Assembly (NCBI GenBank): GCA_965224085.1
Contig: CBDCYI010000009.1
Location: 480,001-544,000 of the forward strand
Direction: 5' to 3'
From: Candidatus Marinacidobacterales bacterium
GTDB taxonomy: Bacteria > Acidobacteriota > Vicinamibacteria > Marinacidobacterales > SMYC01
Length of the DNA: 64,000 nt
Position 1 is the first letter of the stretch. Every line of letters begins with the position of its first letter. Shown piece by piece: positions 9,601 to 20,356 of this stretch. The notes below the pieces were generated by a model. The model saw only the letters and a list, made by a program, of their open reading frames with translations, was not told where the DNA came from and searched no databases. Both the position numbers and the translations under genes were made by a program.

Positions 9601-10541
9601 AGACGGCAGTAGCTGTCGTAGCGCTCGCGAGCAATCCTCCCGTCCTCCACCGCGCCTTTTACCACGCAGTGCGGCTCCGGTATGTGACTGCATGACGCGA
9701 AATGGCACTGGTGGAGCAGCGGACGGAACTCGATGAAGCCTTCGGCGAGCTTCGGACGCTCGATGTGGCCCAGTGAAAGCTCGCGGACGCCGGGCGTGTC
9801 GACGAGCTCCCCGCCAAAGTCTAAACTGAAAAGAGTCGAGGCCGTAGTCGTGTGGCGGCCTTTTCCGTGACGATCGACACGCGCGCTCGAGAGTTGAAGC
9901 CCCGGCTGTATCGCGGCCGCGAGCTTTGATTTGCCAACGCCCGAATGTCCCGTTAGCACCGATCGTTTGTCTTTCAAGAGCGCTCGGAGCTCGTCGTGCC
10001 CCGCTTCGGTCTTGGCGCTCGTGAAGATGACGGGATAGCCGAGCGCGCGGTAAAGCTCGAGCTCGGCGCGGGCTTCGACGAGAGCTTGGTCGTCGCCGAG
10101 ATCGATCTTGTTCAGACACAAGGCAGGCGCGATAGCGGCGTCATGCGCAATGACGAGAAAACGGTCGATGAGCCCCGCCTTGAAGCGCGGACGCTCGAGA
10201 GCGGAGACGATGACGATCTGATCGACGTTCGCCGCCAGCACTTGCAGTGATGGCTTTCGCTTGCCAACTTGTCGCACGATCGCCGTACGGCGTGGCAGCA
10301 CGGCGTGGATGACGCCTTTCGACGTGCTGAGAGGAGTGAGCTCGACGCGGTCGCCGACCGCCAGTTGGTTGCGCTCACCCGAGCCGTCGCCCGTGAAGAG
10401 CCTGCCGCGCAGATAGCAATCGAAGCTCTTCGTCTCCGTGTGTACGGACACTTCCTTCCCCAGGATTCTGCAGACAGTTCCGACCTCGACGTCGGTAGGC
10501 TCGAGCATGGCTATTTCGGGTGAAGCGAGGCGAGCCGCCAT
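9582..10541 (-). CDS. rsgA: Ribosome small subunit-dependent GTPase A
   Basis: NKID, GHSGVGKS, GRHTTT, DTPG, CHFASCSHIPEPHC Zn finger. Confidence 0.95.
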   Translation of the reverse strand: MAARLASPEIAMLEPTDVEVGTVCRILGKEVSVHTETKSFDCYLRGRLFTGDGSGERNQLAVGDRVELTPLSTSKGVIHAVLPRRTAIVRQVGKRKPSLQVLAANVDQIVIVSALERPRFKAGLIDRFLVIAHDAAIAPALCLNKIDLGDDQALVEARAELELYRALGYPVIFTSAKTEAGHDELRALLKDKRSVLTGHSGVGKSKLAAAIQPGLQLSSARVDRHGKGRHTTTASTLFSLDFGGELVDTPGVRELSLGHIERPKLAEGFIEFRPLLHQCHFASCSHIPEPHCVVKGAVEDGRIARERYDSYCRLYEELG

Positions 10542-10590
10542 GCTATATTCGTTGCCGAACCGCTGTCAAAAACAAGGCCGGCCCATCCAC

Positions 10591-11727
10591 GTGAAACGCC
10601 CCTCGATTCTGATCAGCTGCGGTGAGGCGTCGGGAGACCTCTATGCCTCCGAGCTGTTGAAAGAGCTGAAAAGGCTCGAGCCCACCTGCGAAGCCTTCGG
10701 CCTTTTCGGCGAGCGTACGGAGGCCGCCGGTGCTACGCCTATCGTCCGGCTCGAGGAGATCTCGGTCATCGGCCTCGTCGAGGTCGTGAGCAAACTCCCC
10801 GCTCTTTTGAGCGCGATGCGCCGCCTCTCGACCGCGGCGCTTTCGAGACGCCCGGACGTCGCCGTGCTCGTCGACTTCTCCGGGTTCAATCTTCGGCTGG
10901 CAAAGCGACTGGAAGCGCTCGGGATCCCCATCGTCTATTACGTCAGTCCACAAGTCTGGGCTTGGCGCCGAGGGAGGGTCCGAACGATTCGAAAGCTCGT
11001 GGACGAGATGCTCGTGATCCTTCCCTTTGAGAAGAGCTTCTATGAAAAAGAAGGTGTGAGGGTCCGCTATGTCGGCCATCCCCTCGTGGATCTCGTGTCG
11101 GCATCGGAAAAGCGTGAGGCTTTCTGCCGCCGTCATTCTCTCGATGCTACGCGGCCGATCGTGGCGGTCCTACCCGGGAGTCGCCGGAGCGAGATCGAGC
11201 TTCACGTTCCGTTCCTACGCGACAGCATCGAAGTGTTGTCGCGAAAACAGCCGGAGCTGCAATTTGTCGTCAGCCGCGCACCGACCGTGCCAACGGGGAC
11301 GCTCGTCGATCGACTCGGACTGGCGTTAGATCGTGTGCGCCTCATGAACGGGAGCGTCCACGACGGCCTCGCGCATGCCGCCGTCGCGATCGTGGCCTCC
11401 GGCACGGCCCCGGTGGAGGCCGCGCTTCTCGGCACACCGATGGTGGTCGTCTACCGCGTGAGCCGCGCGAGCTACCTTCTCGGGAAACCTTTCGTCGATG
11501 TGCCGTTTTATTCGATGGTCAACCTCATCGCGGAGCGCGAGCTCGTGCCTGAGCTGATTCAAGACGCGATGACACCGGCCAATATCGTCGAGCAAGTTTT
11601 AGGCTTGATGCAAGACGACCGCGCCGCGTCGATGCGCGCCGGGCTTCTGGACATGAAACAGCGGCTTGGCGGCGGCGGTGCGTCGCTTCGTGCGGCCGAA
11701 GCTGTGCTCTCACACGTCGAGCTATGA
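10591..11727 (+). CDS. lpxB: Lipid-A-disaccharide synthase
   Basis: GEASGD, YYVSPQVWAWR, YVGHPL, LPGSR, SGT. Confidence 0.95.
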   Translation: MKRPSILISCGEASGDLYASELLKELKRLEPTCEAFGLFGERTEAAGATPIVRLEEISVIGLVEVVSKLPALLSAMRRLSTAALSRRPDVAVLVDFSGFNLRLAKRLEALGIPIVYYVSPQVWAWRRGRVRTIRKLVDEMLVILPFEKSFYEKEGVRVRYVGHPLVDLVSASEKREAFCRRHSLDATRPIVAVLPGSRRSEIELHVPFLRDSIEVLSRKQPELQFVVSRAPTVPTGTLVDRLGLALDRVRLMNGSVHDGLAHAAVAIVASGTAPVEAALLGTPMVVVYRVSRASYLLGKPFVDVPFYSMVNLIAERELVPELIQDAMTPANIVEQVLGLMQDDRAASMRAGLLDMKQRLGGGGASLRAAEAVLSHVEL

Positions 11728-11753
11728 TAGAGATTCTTTGACTTCAAGGAGGC

Positions 11754-12323
11754 ATGTTCATGCGATGCATCTGGACGCGGCTATCGGTGTTGCTTGCCGC
11801 ATTGTCTTTCCTCACCGCCGGCCCCAGCTACATCGAGGCGGGATCGGTTGTGGCCTACAACCTCGAGCAAATGACGGACCGCGCCGATTTGATCTTTATG
11901 GGCCATGTGGTGGGCAAGCGCGCAGAGTGGAGCGCCGATCGAGCCCGCATTTACACGTTGGTGACATTCGAAGTCGACGACTACTTGAAAGGCGGTAACG
12001 AGGCGCGGGTTACCACCGTGCGTCTTCTTGGAGGACAGGTTGGGCGTTATCTGGCCATGGTGTCCGGAACACCTCAATTCGGAATCGGCGAAGAGGTGCT
12101 CCTGTTTTGCGCGGGGGGCGGCGCAAGAATTCCGTCGGTACTCGGGCTCTCACTCGGCAAGTTCTCCATCACGACCGACGGCAGCGGCGAACGCATCGTG
12201 AAGCGCGACATTTCGACGTTGATGGTCGCGAACCACAATACTCGAGCGCGCAAGCCGGACGATCCGATCACACGCTATCGCCTCGCGGATATCCGATCGC
12301 GGATCGAGGTGTATCAACGATGA
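11754..12323 (+). CDS. Secreted hypothetical protein, translationally coupled to matrixin
   Basis: Signal peptide; ADLIFMGHV...LGGQVG...GEEVLLF; ATGA overlap with next gene. Confidence 0.7.
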   Translation: MFMRCIWTRLSVLLAALSFLTAGPSYIEAGSVVAYNLEQMTDRADLIFMGHVVGKRAEWSADRARIYTLVTFEVDDYLKGGNEARVTTVRLLGGQVGRYLAMVSGTPQFGIGEEVLLFCAGGGARIPSVLGLSLGKFSITTDGSGERIVKRDISTLMVANHNTRARKPDDPITRYRLADIRSRIEVYQR

Positions 12324-13339
12324 AGGCGCGCACCTTCTCAGCCGGTCTCATCGCTTTGGCGCTACTCGTTTTCGTCCCAGGCTCGGGCGCCTATCACATC
12401 ATTCAGCACGTCTCACCGTCCGGAGACGAAGTCGAGCTCGGCTGGGACACGAGCCTCGGCCCAGTCCCGTACTTCGTGAACAACAAGACACCGCTCGACT
12501 TCACTCTCCAGGAAGCTGTGCAGGCCATCGAACAGTCCTATCAGACGTGGGAGGACGTGGAGACGGCGACGGTTACGTTCGAGCTGGCCGGCCTCACCAG
12601 CGCGGAACCGTTCGACTTCTTCGACGAAAGGAGCACGCTTGGCTTCACTTCCGATCCGGATCTCGCATCTCCCGGCGTGCTCGGAGCGACACTTCAGGTC
12701 ATCGACATCTTCACGGGCGAGATCGTCGAAGCGGACGTTTTTTTCAGCAACAACTTCATCTGGTCGGTCGACCCGAATGGAGCCCCCGGTACGTTCGATT
12801 TGGTCTCGGTCGCAACGCATGAGATCGGCCATTTCTTTGGGCTCGACCACTCGCACGTCGGCTTCATGGAGAACGAAGGCTTCGATCGTCAACTCGTCTC
12901 CGGCGCGGCGATCATGTTTCCCTTTTCTTTCGGTCCCGACAACGTCGAGGGCCGCACGCTCACCGACGACGACGTGACGGGCATTTCCGTCATGTACCCG
13001 ACGGGTGCTTTCATCCAGCAGAGGGGACGACTCGCGGGCCGGGTGACGAAAGGAGGCCGAGGAGTGGCGTTCGCCCACGTTGTTGTGTTCAACCCGTTCA
13101 CGGGAGAAACGATTGCCGGCTTCGCGGACGATACGGGGGCGTACGAGATCCGAGGCCTGCCATCGGGCCCCGTGACCGTGCGCGTGAACCCGATATCCGA
13201 CCCCACTTCGCCCGAAGATTTCGGGTTTTCATCGAACATCGCGGATCTCGACTTTCGCGACGCGCTCTTTGTCGGCGGCTCCGCCCAAGTCGTGCCTTCG
13301 GACACGACGACAGGTATCGACATCGAGGTGCAACCGTGA
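12320..13339 (+). CDS. Matrixin (M10) zinc metalloprotease with carboxypeptidase-regulatory-like domain
   Basis: HEIGHFFGLDH, Met-turn AIMFP, signal peptide. Confidence 0.85.
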   Translation: MKARTFSAGLIALALLVFVPGSGAYHIIQHVSPSGDEVELGWDTSLGPVPYFVNNKTPLDFTLQEAVQAIEQSYQTWEDVETATVTFELAGLTSAEPFDFFDERSTLGFTSDPDLASPGVLGATLQVIDIFTGEIVEADVFFSNNFIWSVDPNGAPGTFDLVSVATHEIGHFFGLDHSHVGFMENEGFDRQLVSGAAIMFPFSFGPDNVEGRTLTDDDVTGISVMYPTGAFIQQRGRLAGRVTKGGRGVAFAHVVVFNPFTGETIAGFADDTGAYEIRGLPSGPVTVRVNPISDPTSPEDFGFSSNIADLDFRDALFVGGSAQVVPSDTTTGIDIEVQP

Positions 13340-14010
13340 GAGGTGCCGTGGCGACGTCGTCCGTTTTGTGTGCCTTCCTGATGGCCACGGCGGCGAGCGC
13401 GCAGTTCGAGGTCAATCCAACGGCTCGGGGTCAATCCAAGCCAAAACGGTTCGAGGTGTCCGGGTTCATCGGCATGCTGTCGGTAAACCAGAGTCTCGGG
13501 ACGGCCACGAACATCTATCAGACGGTGACCGGCGAGGCGGAGAATATCGATTTCGGAAAACTCCTAGGATTCAGAGCGAGCTGGGCTTTCACATCTATGA
13601 TCACTGCCGAGTTCAACGTGTCTCGTGGCAACAACACCCATGCGCTCACCGTCGACGACGAAACGGTCGGCACAGAGAATCTTGCCGAACAGTTCGAGAC
13701 CGATCAGCTCTTTTTAGGCGGCAACCTCATCCTCCAGTTTCCACGGGGCCACTTCGTGCCCTACGTCACCGGCGGCGGCGGACTTCACCGAATGACGCCA
13801 ACGAGCCCAATTGCCGAAATCGAGCACGTCTCCGCGTTCGACATCAACTTTGGCGGCGGCACCAAGCTCTGGTTTCCATCGCCGGACCGACTGGCCGTAC
13901 GCGTCGACCTGCGCTATCACACGGCGACGGTCGGCATCACGTTTCCTGGTGGCTCGTCGAAACCGAAAGGACTCGAGCTCACCATCGGCGCTTCCATCGC
14001 CATTTTCTAG
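13336..14010 (+). CDS. Outer-membrane beta-barrel protein
   Basis: Signal peptide, PYVTGGGG, alternating beta strands, C-terminal Phe. Confidence 0.75.
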   Translation: MRGAVATSSVLCAFLMATAASAQFEVNPTARGQSKPKRFEVSGFIGMLSVNQSLGTATNIYQTVTGEAENIDFGKLLGFRASWAFTSMITAEFNVSRGNNTHALTVDDETVGTENLAEQFETDQLFLGGNLILQFPRGHFVPYVTGGGGLHRMTPTSPIAEIEHVSAFDINFGGGTKLWFPSPDRLAVRVDLRYHTATVGITFPGGSSKPKGLELTIGASIAIF

Positions 14011-14156
14011 TCGTCGCGCCGACGACCTTCCGGATGCGTGCGCCGTCACGCGACTCCGAGGCGTGAGGCGGGATGAAGCCGTCTTGACAGCGTCGATCCT
14101 GTGGTCTAACCTTTCGACTTCGCCCCTTCCCTCGGGCGGGTGCCCACCTACAATAA

Positions 14157-14231
14157 GCCGGCGTAGCTCAGTGGTAGAGCAGCTGATTCGTAATCAGCAG
14201 GTCGGAAGTTCAAATCTTCTCGCCGGCTCCA
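14157..14231 (+). tRNA. tRNA-Thr(CGT)
   Basis: GCCGGCG/CGCCGGC acceptor stem, GCTGA-TT-CGT-AA-TCAGC anticodon arm, GTTCAAATC T-loop, encoded CCA. Confidence 0.97.
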
Positions 14232-14594
14232 GTAGTTTCAACAACTTACAGATATTTGCGGATGAGCAGTGACCAGCAAGTAGGCTTTTAGGGGACGTTT
14301 AGGGGACACGATGTCTTCGGGAGCTTTTCTGATTATCATGAACTCCACCCCCGCGACTTAGAGGACACTATCCTTGACATCCTTGAGCGCCTTGTCCACC
14401 AAACGCGAGCACTCGGGGCAGATCGCCGAGGACGTGGTGTATATCTCCGTGGTTTCGGCGCTTTTGCCGAAAGGCGAAAACTGAAACTCGGACCATCCAG
14501 CCTCTCGGTTTGGCACGCCAGTACGGTGACAAAAGAAACACACTTGCCCTGAGCCCGCGTTTCTATCCATTTGAACCTCGTAGGGTCAAGATAT

Positions 14595-14860
14595 TCATGC
14601 GGCTTCCCGATGGTAGAAACGGAGCAACCCCCCAAGGCGTTCACGGCACTGAATGGCGCCCTCTAGACCGTTAGTCTGAGCGATCGCGGGCTCGGGGAAC
14701 AATAAGAGATTGTCCTTGCCTTGATGATTCCTCTCGTGGTGATGATGGGCGACGTAGTCCTTCAGCGCGTGACGCAGGGAGTTCTCCCCGAACAAGATGA
14801 GCTTCGAAAGACATTCCTCTTTGACCGATCTCACCCAGCGCTCCGCGAACGCATTTGGCT
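14595..14860 (-). pseudogene. rve/IS481-like transposase C-terminal fragment
   Basis: NAFAERWVRSVKEECL...RERLGGLLRFYHREAA. Confidence 0.8.
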
Positions 14861-14899
14861 GTACCGTCGACTGCACTTGATAAGAGCTCTGCGTCAGAA

Positions 14900-15090
14900 C
14901 GTTTTCGGATAACGCATCCATTCCACCCGTATGTGGGCGAGGAGTACGAGCTCGTCGTTTGGCGGCAAAACTGGAGCGAAGAGAGGCTCTACTTCGAGGA
15001 CGGTAGAGGGCGATTGAGGTCGGTCCCAGTACATTGGACGGATCTGGCAGCGGAAGATACCGTTGTCATCGTGGGTGCGGGGCGATTGTC
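14900..15090 (+). pseudogene. Y4bD/DUF5372-like mobile-element accessory protein fragment
   Basis: FRITHPFHP...SVPVHWTD. Confidence 0.5.
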
Positions 15091-15157
15091 CAGCGTCAAC
15101 TACCTTTCCCGCTCGTGTTGCCTCATTCGAAAATCGCACCGGTCGTGAACTCTTGCC

Positions 15158-15963
15158 GGTATTGTCAAGTTGACGTTGAGCGAGCGAACCTATCGCGTCG
15201 AGCTGACTTCCTTTGCTCTCATCGGACGGCACAGGTTACCTCCTGCCAGACGATGAAAGCGCGGTCTCGTAGCTCCCGATGATGATGCGCTTGCAACAAA
15301 TGCCGTCCGACGCGAAAGAGATTTTGCACGAGTCCATGCACGGTCAAGAATCGTTGCGCCTGCCCAGGAGCTTTAAACTTCCGCATCTGTCGTTCCCGTT
15401 GTCGCGTCGGTTCGTGCGAGACTTCGGCTAGGTTGTTTCTGTACTGGTCAGTGTCGTGGACGACGGACGGCATGACCTCGCGGTGAGCGGCGCTGTAGCT
15501 TCTCAGTTTGTCGGTGACCAGCTGCCAGGGCGGGCGGCCTTGCCCCTTCAACAGCTTGCGGAAGAATCGTTTGGCGGCTTTCTGATCACGGCGAGGCTGG
15601 ACGAGGATATCGATTACATCACCATCTTGGTCTACCGCGCGCCAGAGGTATTGGCGTTCACCTTGTATCTTTATGAAGACCTCGTCCAGGTGCCATGTGT
15701 CACCGAGACGACCCTGCCGACGCTTCAGTCGCCGAGCGTATTCCGGCCCGAACTTAATGCACCACAGTCGGACCGCTTCGTAAGAAACCGTGATGCCTCG
15801 CTGAGCGAGCAACTCTTCGACGTTTCGAAAGCTCACGCAGAATCGGTGGTAGAGCCAGACGGCGTGGCTGATGATTTCCGGTGGAAATCGATAGCCGTGG
15901 TAGCTTGGCGCATCGGTCTTCATTGGACCATTCTGTCAGTCATCAGCTCAATTTGACAATACC
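15158..15963 (-). mobile_element. IS6-family element (transposase 15219-15923)
   Basis: TIRs GGTATTGTCAAGTTG / CAATTTGACAATACC; YRFP, WHLDE, LWRAVD, TDKL, NNLAE; no TSD. Confidence 0.92.
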
Positions 15964-16922
15964 GGCGTGAATATGAGGCGGGTCTACGCAACCGTGGGAG
16001 CCTGACCGTCTGGATCTCGCTCACCGCCGGCAAGCTTGTGAACTGGGACGCGCCCCGGCCGAGGAGGAGGAAACCGGGCCGTCAACGCAAGTACTCGAAC
16101 CACGCCATCGAGACGGCTGTCACCCTGGGCATGGTGTTTCATCTGTCATCTAGGCAGAGCGAGGGATTGCTGCGGTCGTTGTTCGCTCTGATGAAGCTAG
16201 ACAACGATGTGCCCGATCACACCACGATTTCGAGGCGCAAGGCGAAGCTGGGTAAGGTCCCCTTCTACCAAGACAAGCAGAAGACGCCGTTGCACATCTT
16301 GATCGACAGCAGCGGTCTCGCTGTCCACGCCGGCCAGCTGCGCAGAGCACCAAATAGCAGGGACTATCGCAAGCTCCATCTGTGTGTCGACGAGCAGAGT
16401 GGCGAAGTCGTCGCCGGCGAGCTGACGAGCAAAAGAGCCCGCGATTCATCGCGGGTTGCATCGCTTGTCGGACAGAGCGACAGTCCCATCTCATCGGCCA
16501 GAGCTGACACCGCATACGACGCCAGCGGCGTCTATGAGGCAATCGAGAATCACAGCGCTCATCGCTCGCCGAGGGTGCTGATACCGCCGCGCAAGGGCGC
16601 CCTGCTCGCATCGGGGCCGGCGAGCAGCCGACAGCGCAATCGCAACATTGCAGCACAAGCTCGGCTCGGCAAACGAAAGTGGCACACAGAATCGGGCTAC
16701 AGCAAACGGAGCAAAGTCGAGACAACGTTCCATCGCTACAAGGCTATCGTGGGCTCAGCGATGCGAGCGAGAGGGTTGGCGGCACAGAGAGTCGAGGCAA
16801 GGATCGGGTGCAAGATTCTCAACACCATGACGGCGCTCGGGATGCCTGATAGCGAGATGATCGGGTGATGGGAGTCGGGGCCAAGCGAGCTCTCGGCCTC
16901 TATCGGAGTTGTGCACCAAGGC
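15964..16922 (+). mobile_element. IS5-family element, 5'-truncated (ORF 16038-16868)
   Basis: VPDHTTISRR, IDSSG, RKLHL, ADTAYD, YSKRSKVET; right TIR GAGTTGTGCACCAAGGC. Confidence 0.85.
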
Positions 16923-17100
16923 AGTCTGCCGGCACCATGCCTGCTTGATTTCGTCGTTTGTTCGCGCTCTCATCTCCGTCTTCAAGGCTCGTCGCGAGCT
17001 GGCTCTCGACAATGTCGCTCTTCGGCAGCAGCTCGCCGTCCTCCGCCGTTCGGTGAAACGGCCGCGGCTCTCGAACGTCGACCGCGGGTTTTGGGTAACT
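16923..17100 (+). pseudogene. rve transposase N-terminal fragment (also at ~47660 and ~61215)
   Basis: RRELALDNVALRQQLAVLRRSVKRPRL. Confidence 0.7.
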
Positions 17101-17130
17101 GTAGAGCCTAAGGGCCCTTGGCCCAGTCGC

Positions 17131-17186
17131 TAAGCTGCTGATTTATGGTCTATTTCAAAAGGGCTGAGTTTTGGCACAGGACGGGG
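17131..17186 (+). repeat. 56-bp element end with IHF site; 12 copies: 17131+, 19087-, 26108/26584+, 30409+, 48127+, 50668+, 52191+, 55624+, 56404+, 60286+, 61608-, 61774-
   Basis: Consensus TAAGCTGCTGATTTATGGTCTATTTCAAAAGGGCCGAGTTTTGGCACAGGACGGGG. Confidence 0.9.
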
Positions 17187-17399
17187 GAGACATTTCCGAT
17201 CGGCTCCAAGAGTCGTTGCGTGTTGTACCAATGGACCCACTCGAGGGTGGCGAACTCAACGTCTTCGAGACCACGCCAGGGCCCACGTCGACGGATCACC
17301 TCGGTCTTGTAGAGGCCGATGATGGATTCAGCCAAAGCGTTATCGTAAGAGTCGCCTCGGCTGCCGACGGACGGCTCAATACCCGCCTTGGCTTGCCCG
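17187..17399 (-). pseudogene. IS3 orfB internal fragment
   Basis: [20 protein letters not shown], near-identical to IS3 at 42655. Confidence 0.85.
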
Positions 17400-17595
17400 G
17401 TAGGGTCGAGGGCTGGCGCGGTGCTCCGTAGGCGCGGCCTATCTGTTTCTCCCCGTTTCCTGTGGGAGTGCCTCACTAGCCGCACCGTAAGTCCGTTTCC
17501 AGCCCCCGCCACATCGCACGCAGCGTGCGGCTTTCCCGCACTACGCGCTCCTGCACACTTCCCGCGAAGGGTTATGTGACACCCGTGCCAGGGGA
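17400..17595 (-). ncRNA. Group II intron 3' remnant (domains V-VI), no RT
   Basis: Minus strand GGAGCGCGTAGTGCGGGAAAGCCGCACGCTGCGTGCG (DV), then GGGGCTGG...CCAGCCCTCGACCCTAC (DVI, 3' AC). Confidence 0.8.
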
Positions 17596-17645
17596 TTGAC
17601 CGCTTAGGATCAGTCGGACATGCTCGTACTGATCTGCCGCGTCCT

Positions 17646-17993
17646 TTACTTGGGGATTGGGGATTTCCCGACGACTTTTCCAATCTTGGGGGTATAGTTC
17701 GTCCGTGTCCCCCTGCTGTGCATCAACGCGCGCCTGACGGCCTCGGGTTCCTTCTGGATCACGCACAGGAGCGTCGCCGCCGGGCCGCTGACCCGGCGTG
17801 TGCCCTGCTCCCATTTCCGATAGCCGGACAGGCTCATGCCCATCAGGGGCGCCATCTGTGCCTGCGTAAGCTTCGCTTGCTTCCGAACCTCGCGTGGCAC
17901 TACGGGTGCATGAACGATGGCAGGACCTCCGCCCTTCGCATGGGCCAGAGCCTCTTCGAGCGATTGAATCAAGTCCTCTCCGAACGTGCTCAT
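17646..17993 (-). CDS. HigA-like Xre HTH antitoxin (C-terminus possibly read-through)
   Basis: REVRKQAKLTQAQMA...KWEQGTRRVSGPA. Confidence 0.8.
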   Translation of the reverse strand: MSTFGEDLIQSLEEALAHAKGGGPAIVHAPVVPREVRKQAKLTQAQMAPLMGMSLSGYRKWEQGTRRVSGPAATLLCVIQKEPEAVRRALMHSRGTRTNYTPKIGKVVGKSPIPK

Positions 17994-18334
17994 TTCCTCT
18001 CCTTCTCCTTCCCGGCGGCCTTGATCGCCGCCACAAGCGCGGACACCGTTCGCCGCTCGTGCGGTTTCAGGTCCGTCTTTGCCGACTTTGCATAGGCGAG
18101 AAGTGCATAGACCGGCATGTCTTCGCCACCATAGAAGTAGATCACTCGCGCACCGCCTTGCTTGCCACGGCCCAAGGCCCCGAAACGCAGCTTTCGAACA
18201 CCGCCCGTTTCCGGTATCTCATCGCCCGCCATGGGATTTTCCGCGAGGAAGTCAATCAGTTCGCGTCTCTCTGTCTCGCTGAACAGCTTGTCGGCCTGAC
18301 GGGAAAAGGTCGGGGTTTCGGCCACCGTCTGCAT
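17990..18334 (-). CDS. RelE/HigB-family toxin
   Basis: MQTVAETPTF...GDEIPETGGVRKLR...GKQGGARVIYF...YAKS. Confidence 0.88.
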   Translation of the reverse strand: MQTVAETPTFSRQADKLFSETERRELIDFLAENPMAGDEIPETGGVRKLRFGALGRGKQGGARVIYFYGGEDMPVYALLAYAKSAKTDLKPHERRTVSALVAAIKAAGKEKERK

Positions 18335-18755
18335 CCGACACAATATAACCCAATGGGGCATTCACGGCAATGCTTGAACAGGATGGGGTGGCGCGCCCGT
18401 GGTCGTCTGGTCAAAATACTCGAACGCCCAGGAAGTCAGCAGTTTGCGCCTTCAGGTGACTCCGGTCCTCCGCGGAAGGTGTCCGGTGCTCCGCAGAATT
18501 CCGATTTGAAACGAGGGGCGCACGAGGGAAGCCAGGGTAAGAACGCATGTAACGTTCTTAGTCCCAATAGTTTACATACCAACAATGTCAAGGACTGAAG
18601 GGCCACGCCCAGATGCAAAAGCACCCCTCCGCATAGGTCTTGCCCGCCTCGATCCGATTCGAGCCAGGAGAGGGCGTTGGCGCTCCTCCACTACGACGTG
18701 ACATTATCAGATCAGGCCGGTCCCTATTTTTTATGATGTCCAGCCGAAGGCGTCC

Positions 18756-19090
18756 ATGGGAAAACGACGACGCAGGAAGTTCACGGGGGAGTTCAAGAAG
18801 GAAGCGGTCCGGTTGTTCAGGGAAGGCGAGCGCAGCATCGGCCAGGTCGCTAAGGAACTGGACCTGACGGAATCAGCCCTTCGAAACTGGGTGAAACAAT
18901 ACAAAGTTGATCACGGTGAAGGTCCACGCGAGGCTCTGACGACGGCGGAACGTGATGAGCTGGGTTCGCTACGATGTCGAGTGCGCACGTTGGAGCAAGA
19001 GCGAGAAATATTAAAAAAGGCGGCGGCCTTCTTCGCGAAAGAAAGCGAATGAGATTCAATTTCATTCACGCGGAGCGGGCCAACTACCCC
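18756..19090 (+). pseudogene. IS3-family orfA plus start of orfB, truncated by the 56-bp end
   Basis: RRKFTGEFKKEAV...EILKKAAAFFAKES. Confidence 0.85.
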
Positions 19091-19546
19091 GTCCTGTGCC
19101 AAAACTCAGCCCTTTTGAAATAAACGATAAATCAATAGCTTAGAGTCTGTGTTTGCGACCGTGCCAAGGGCCGTAGGCTCTACAATCGTCTTGGGCGGAC
19201 AGGTCGTCACCATGCAGACGACCACCTGGTTGAGAGCGAATATCCAAGCGTAAGAGAACAAGTAAGAATAGACGAAGCGATAATGGACTTGTACGGAATC
19301 GTGTATGCCTGTGTCGAGTACCACAAGAGCCGGGATGCGCAGCAACAGTAGCTTTTGCAGGTACGCGCGCGCACCCTACGGCCTCGGCTCCACCCGTGCG
19401 CCGCGTGCGTGGCCCACCGGGCGAACCCTCCCTGACCGCCTTCGGCTGACGCCGCTTATCGAACGTTGCGCCCGTTCCACCGTCCCAGCTTCCGCAGTCG
19501 AGCAACATACGAACGTCCCCGCTGGTTTCGTGGGTGTTGGCTCGGG

Positions 19547-20356
19547 ATGACTCCGACCAAGAGCGGTATGAGCGGAAAGCCGTCGGACTACGAGAACCGG
19601 GCGCGCGAGCAGATCGGCGAGTGGAAGAAACCCGACCAGGGCTGGTTCGGCCAGACCATGCGCCAAATCGGTTGGCCCGTCGACCGCGTGCGGGCGCTGA
19701 TCGGGAACGCGGCCGTCGCAACGGGTCTGCATGACGTGCTCGCCAAGGCGCTCGCCGGCACGTTACATGTCCTCGGGGACGCTGCCGCTCGTGCAGCCCG
19801 TTCCCCACTGGCAAGCAAGCTCTTCGACGAGACCGGGGACCGGCTGACGCCGAGCCACACCAAAAAGAAAAACGGGCAACGGCTCCGCTACTACGTCTCC
19901 CGGCGCCTCATCCAGCACAGTGGCCAAAAAGACCTCTCCGGCTTGCTCGACCGCAATGCGTTCGCTGCTTGCCTCTCTATGGGGCCCGACCGCATTCGCG
20001 AGGATGCACTCCGCATCCACGCACCGTTCCGCTTGCGTCGACGCGGCGTCGAGACCAAGCTCGTTCTGGGCAACCCCACGAAATCCGTCGACCGCACACT
20101 CCTGCGCAATATCGCCAACGCCCTCTCCTGGCTCGACCGAATCAAAGCAGGCAAAACCTATGAGCAGATTGCCACCGAAAACGCCATCCCAACGGACCGC
20201 GTGCGCAAGGCAATCCGTTATGCCTTCCTGGCTCCCGACATCGTCCGCGCCATTGTCGAAGGCCGCCAGCCCGTTGGGCTGACCTCGAGCTACCTCTTGC
20301 ATCATCCGCTTCCCGACGATTGGGAGAAACAGCGAGTGCTCGTCAAAACGCTGTGA
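19547..20356 (+). pseudogene. Chimera of EcsC-like N-terminus and serine recombinase C-terminal fragments
   Basis: YENRAREQIGEWKKP; then LFDETGDRLTPSHTKK..RYYVS, RRRGVETKLV, AFLAPDIVRAIVEGRQP. Confidence 0.6.
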
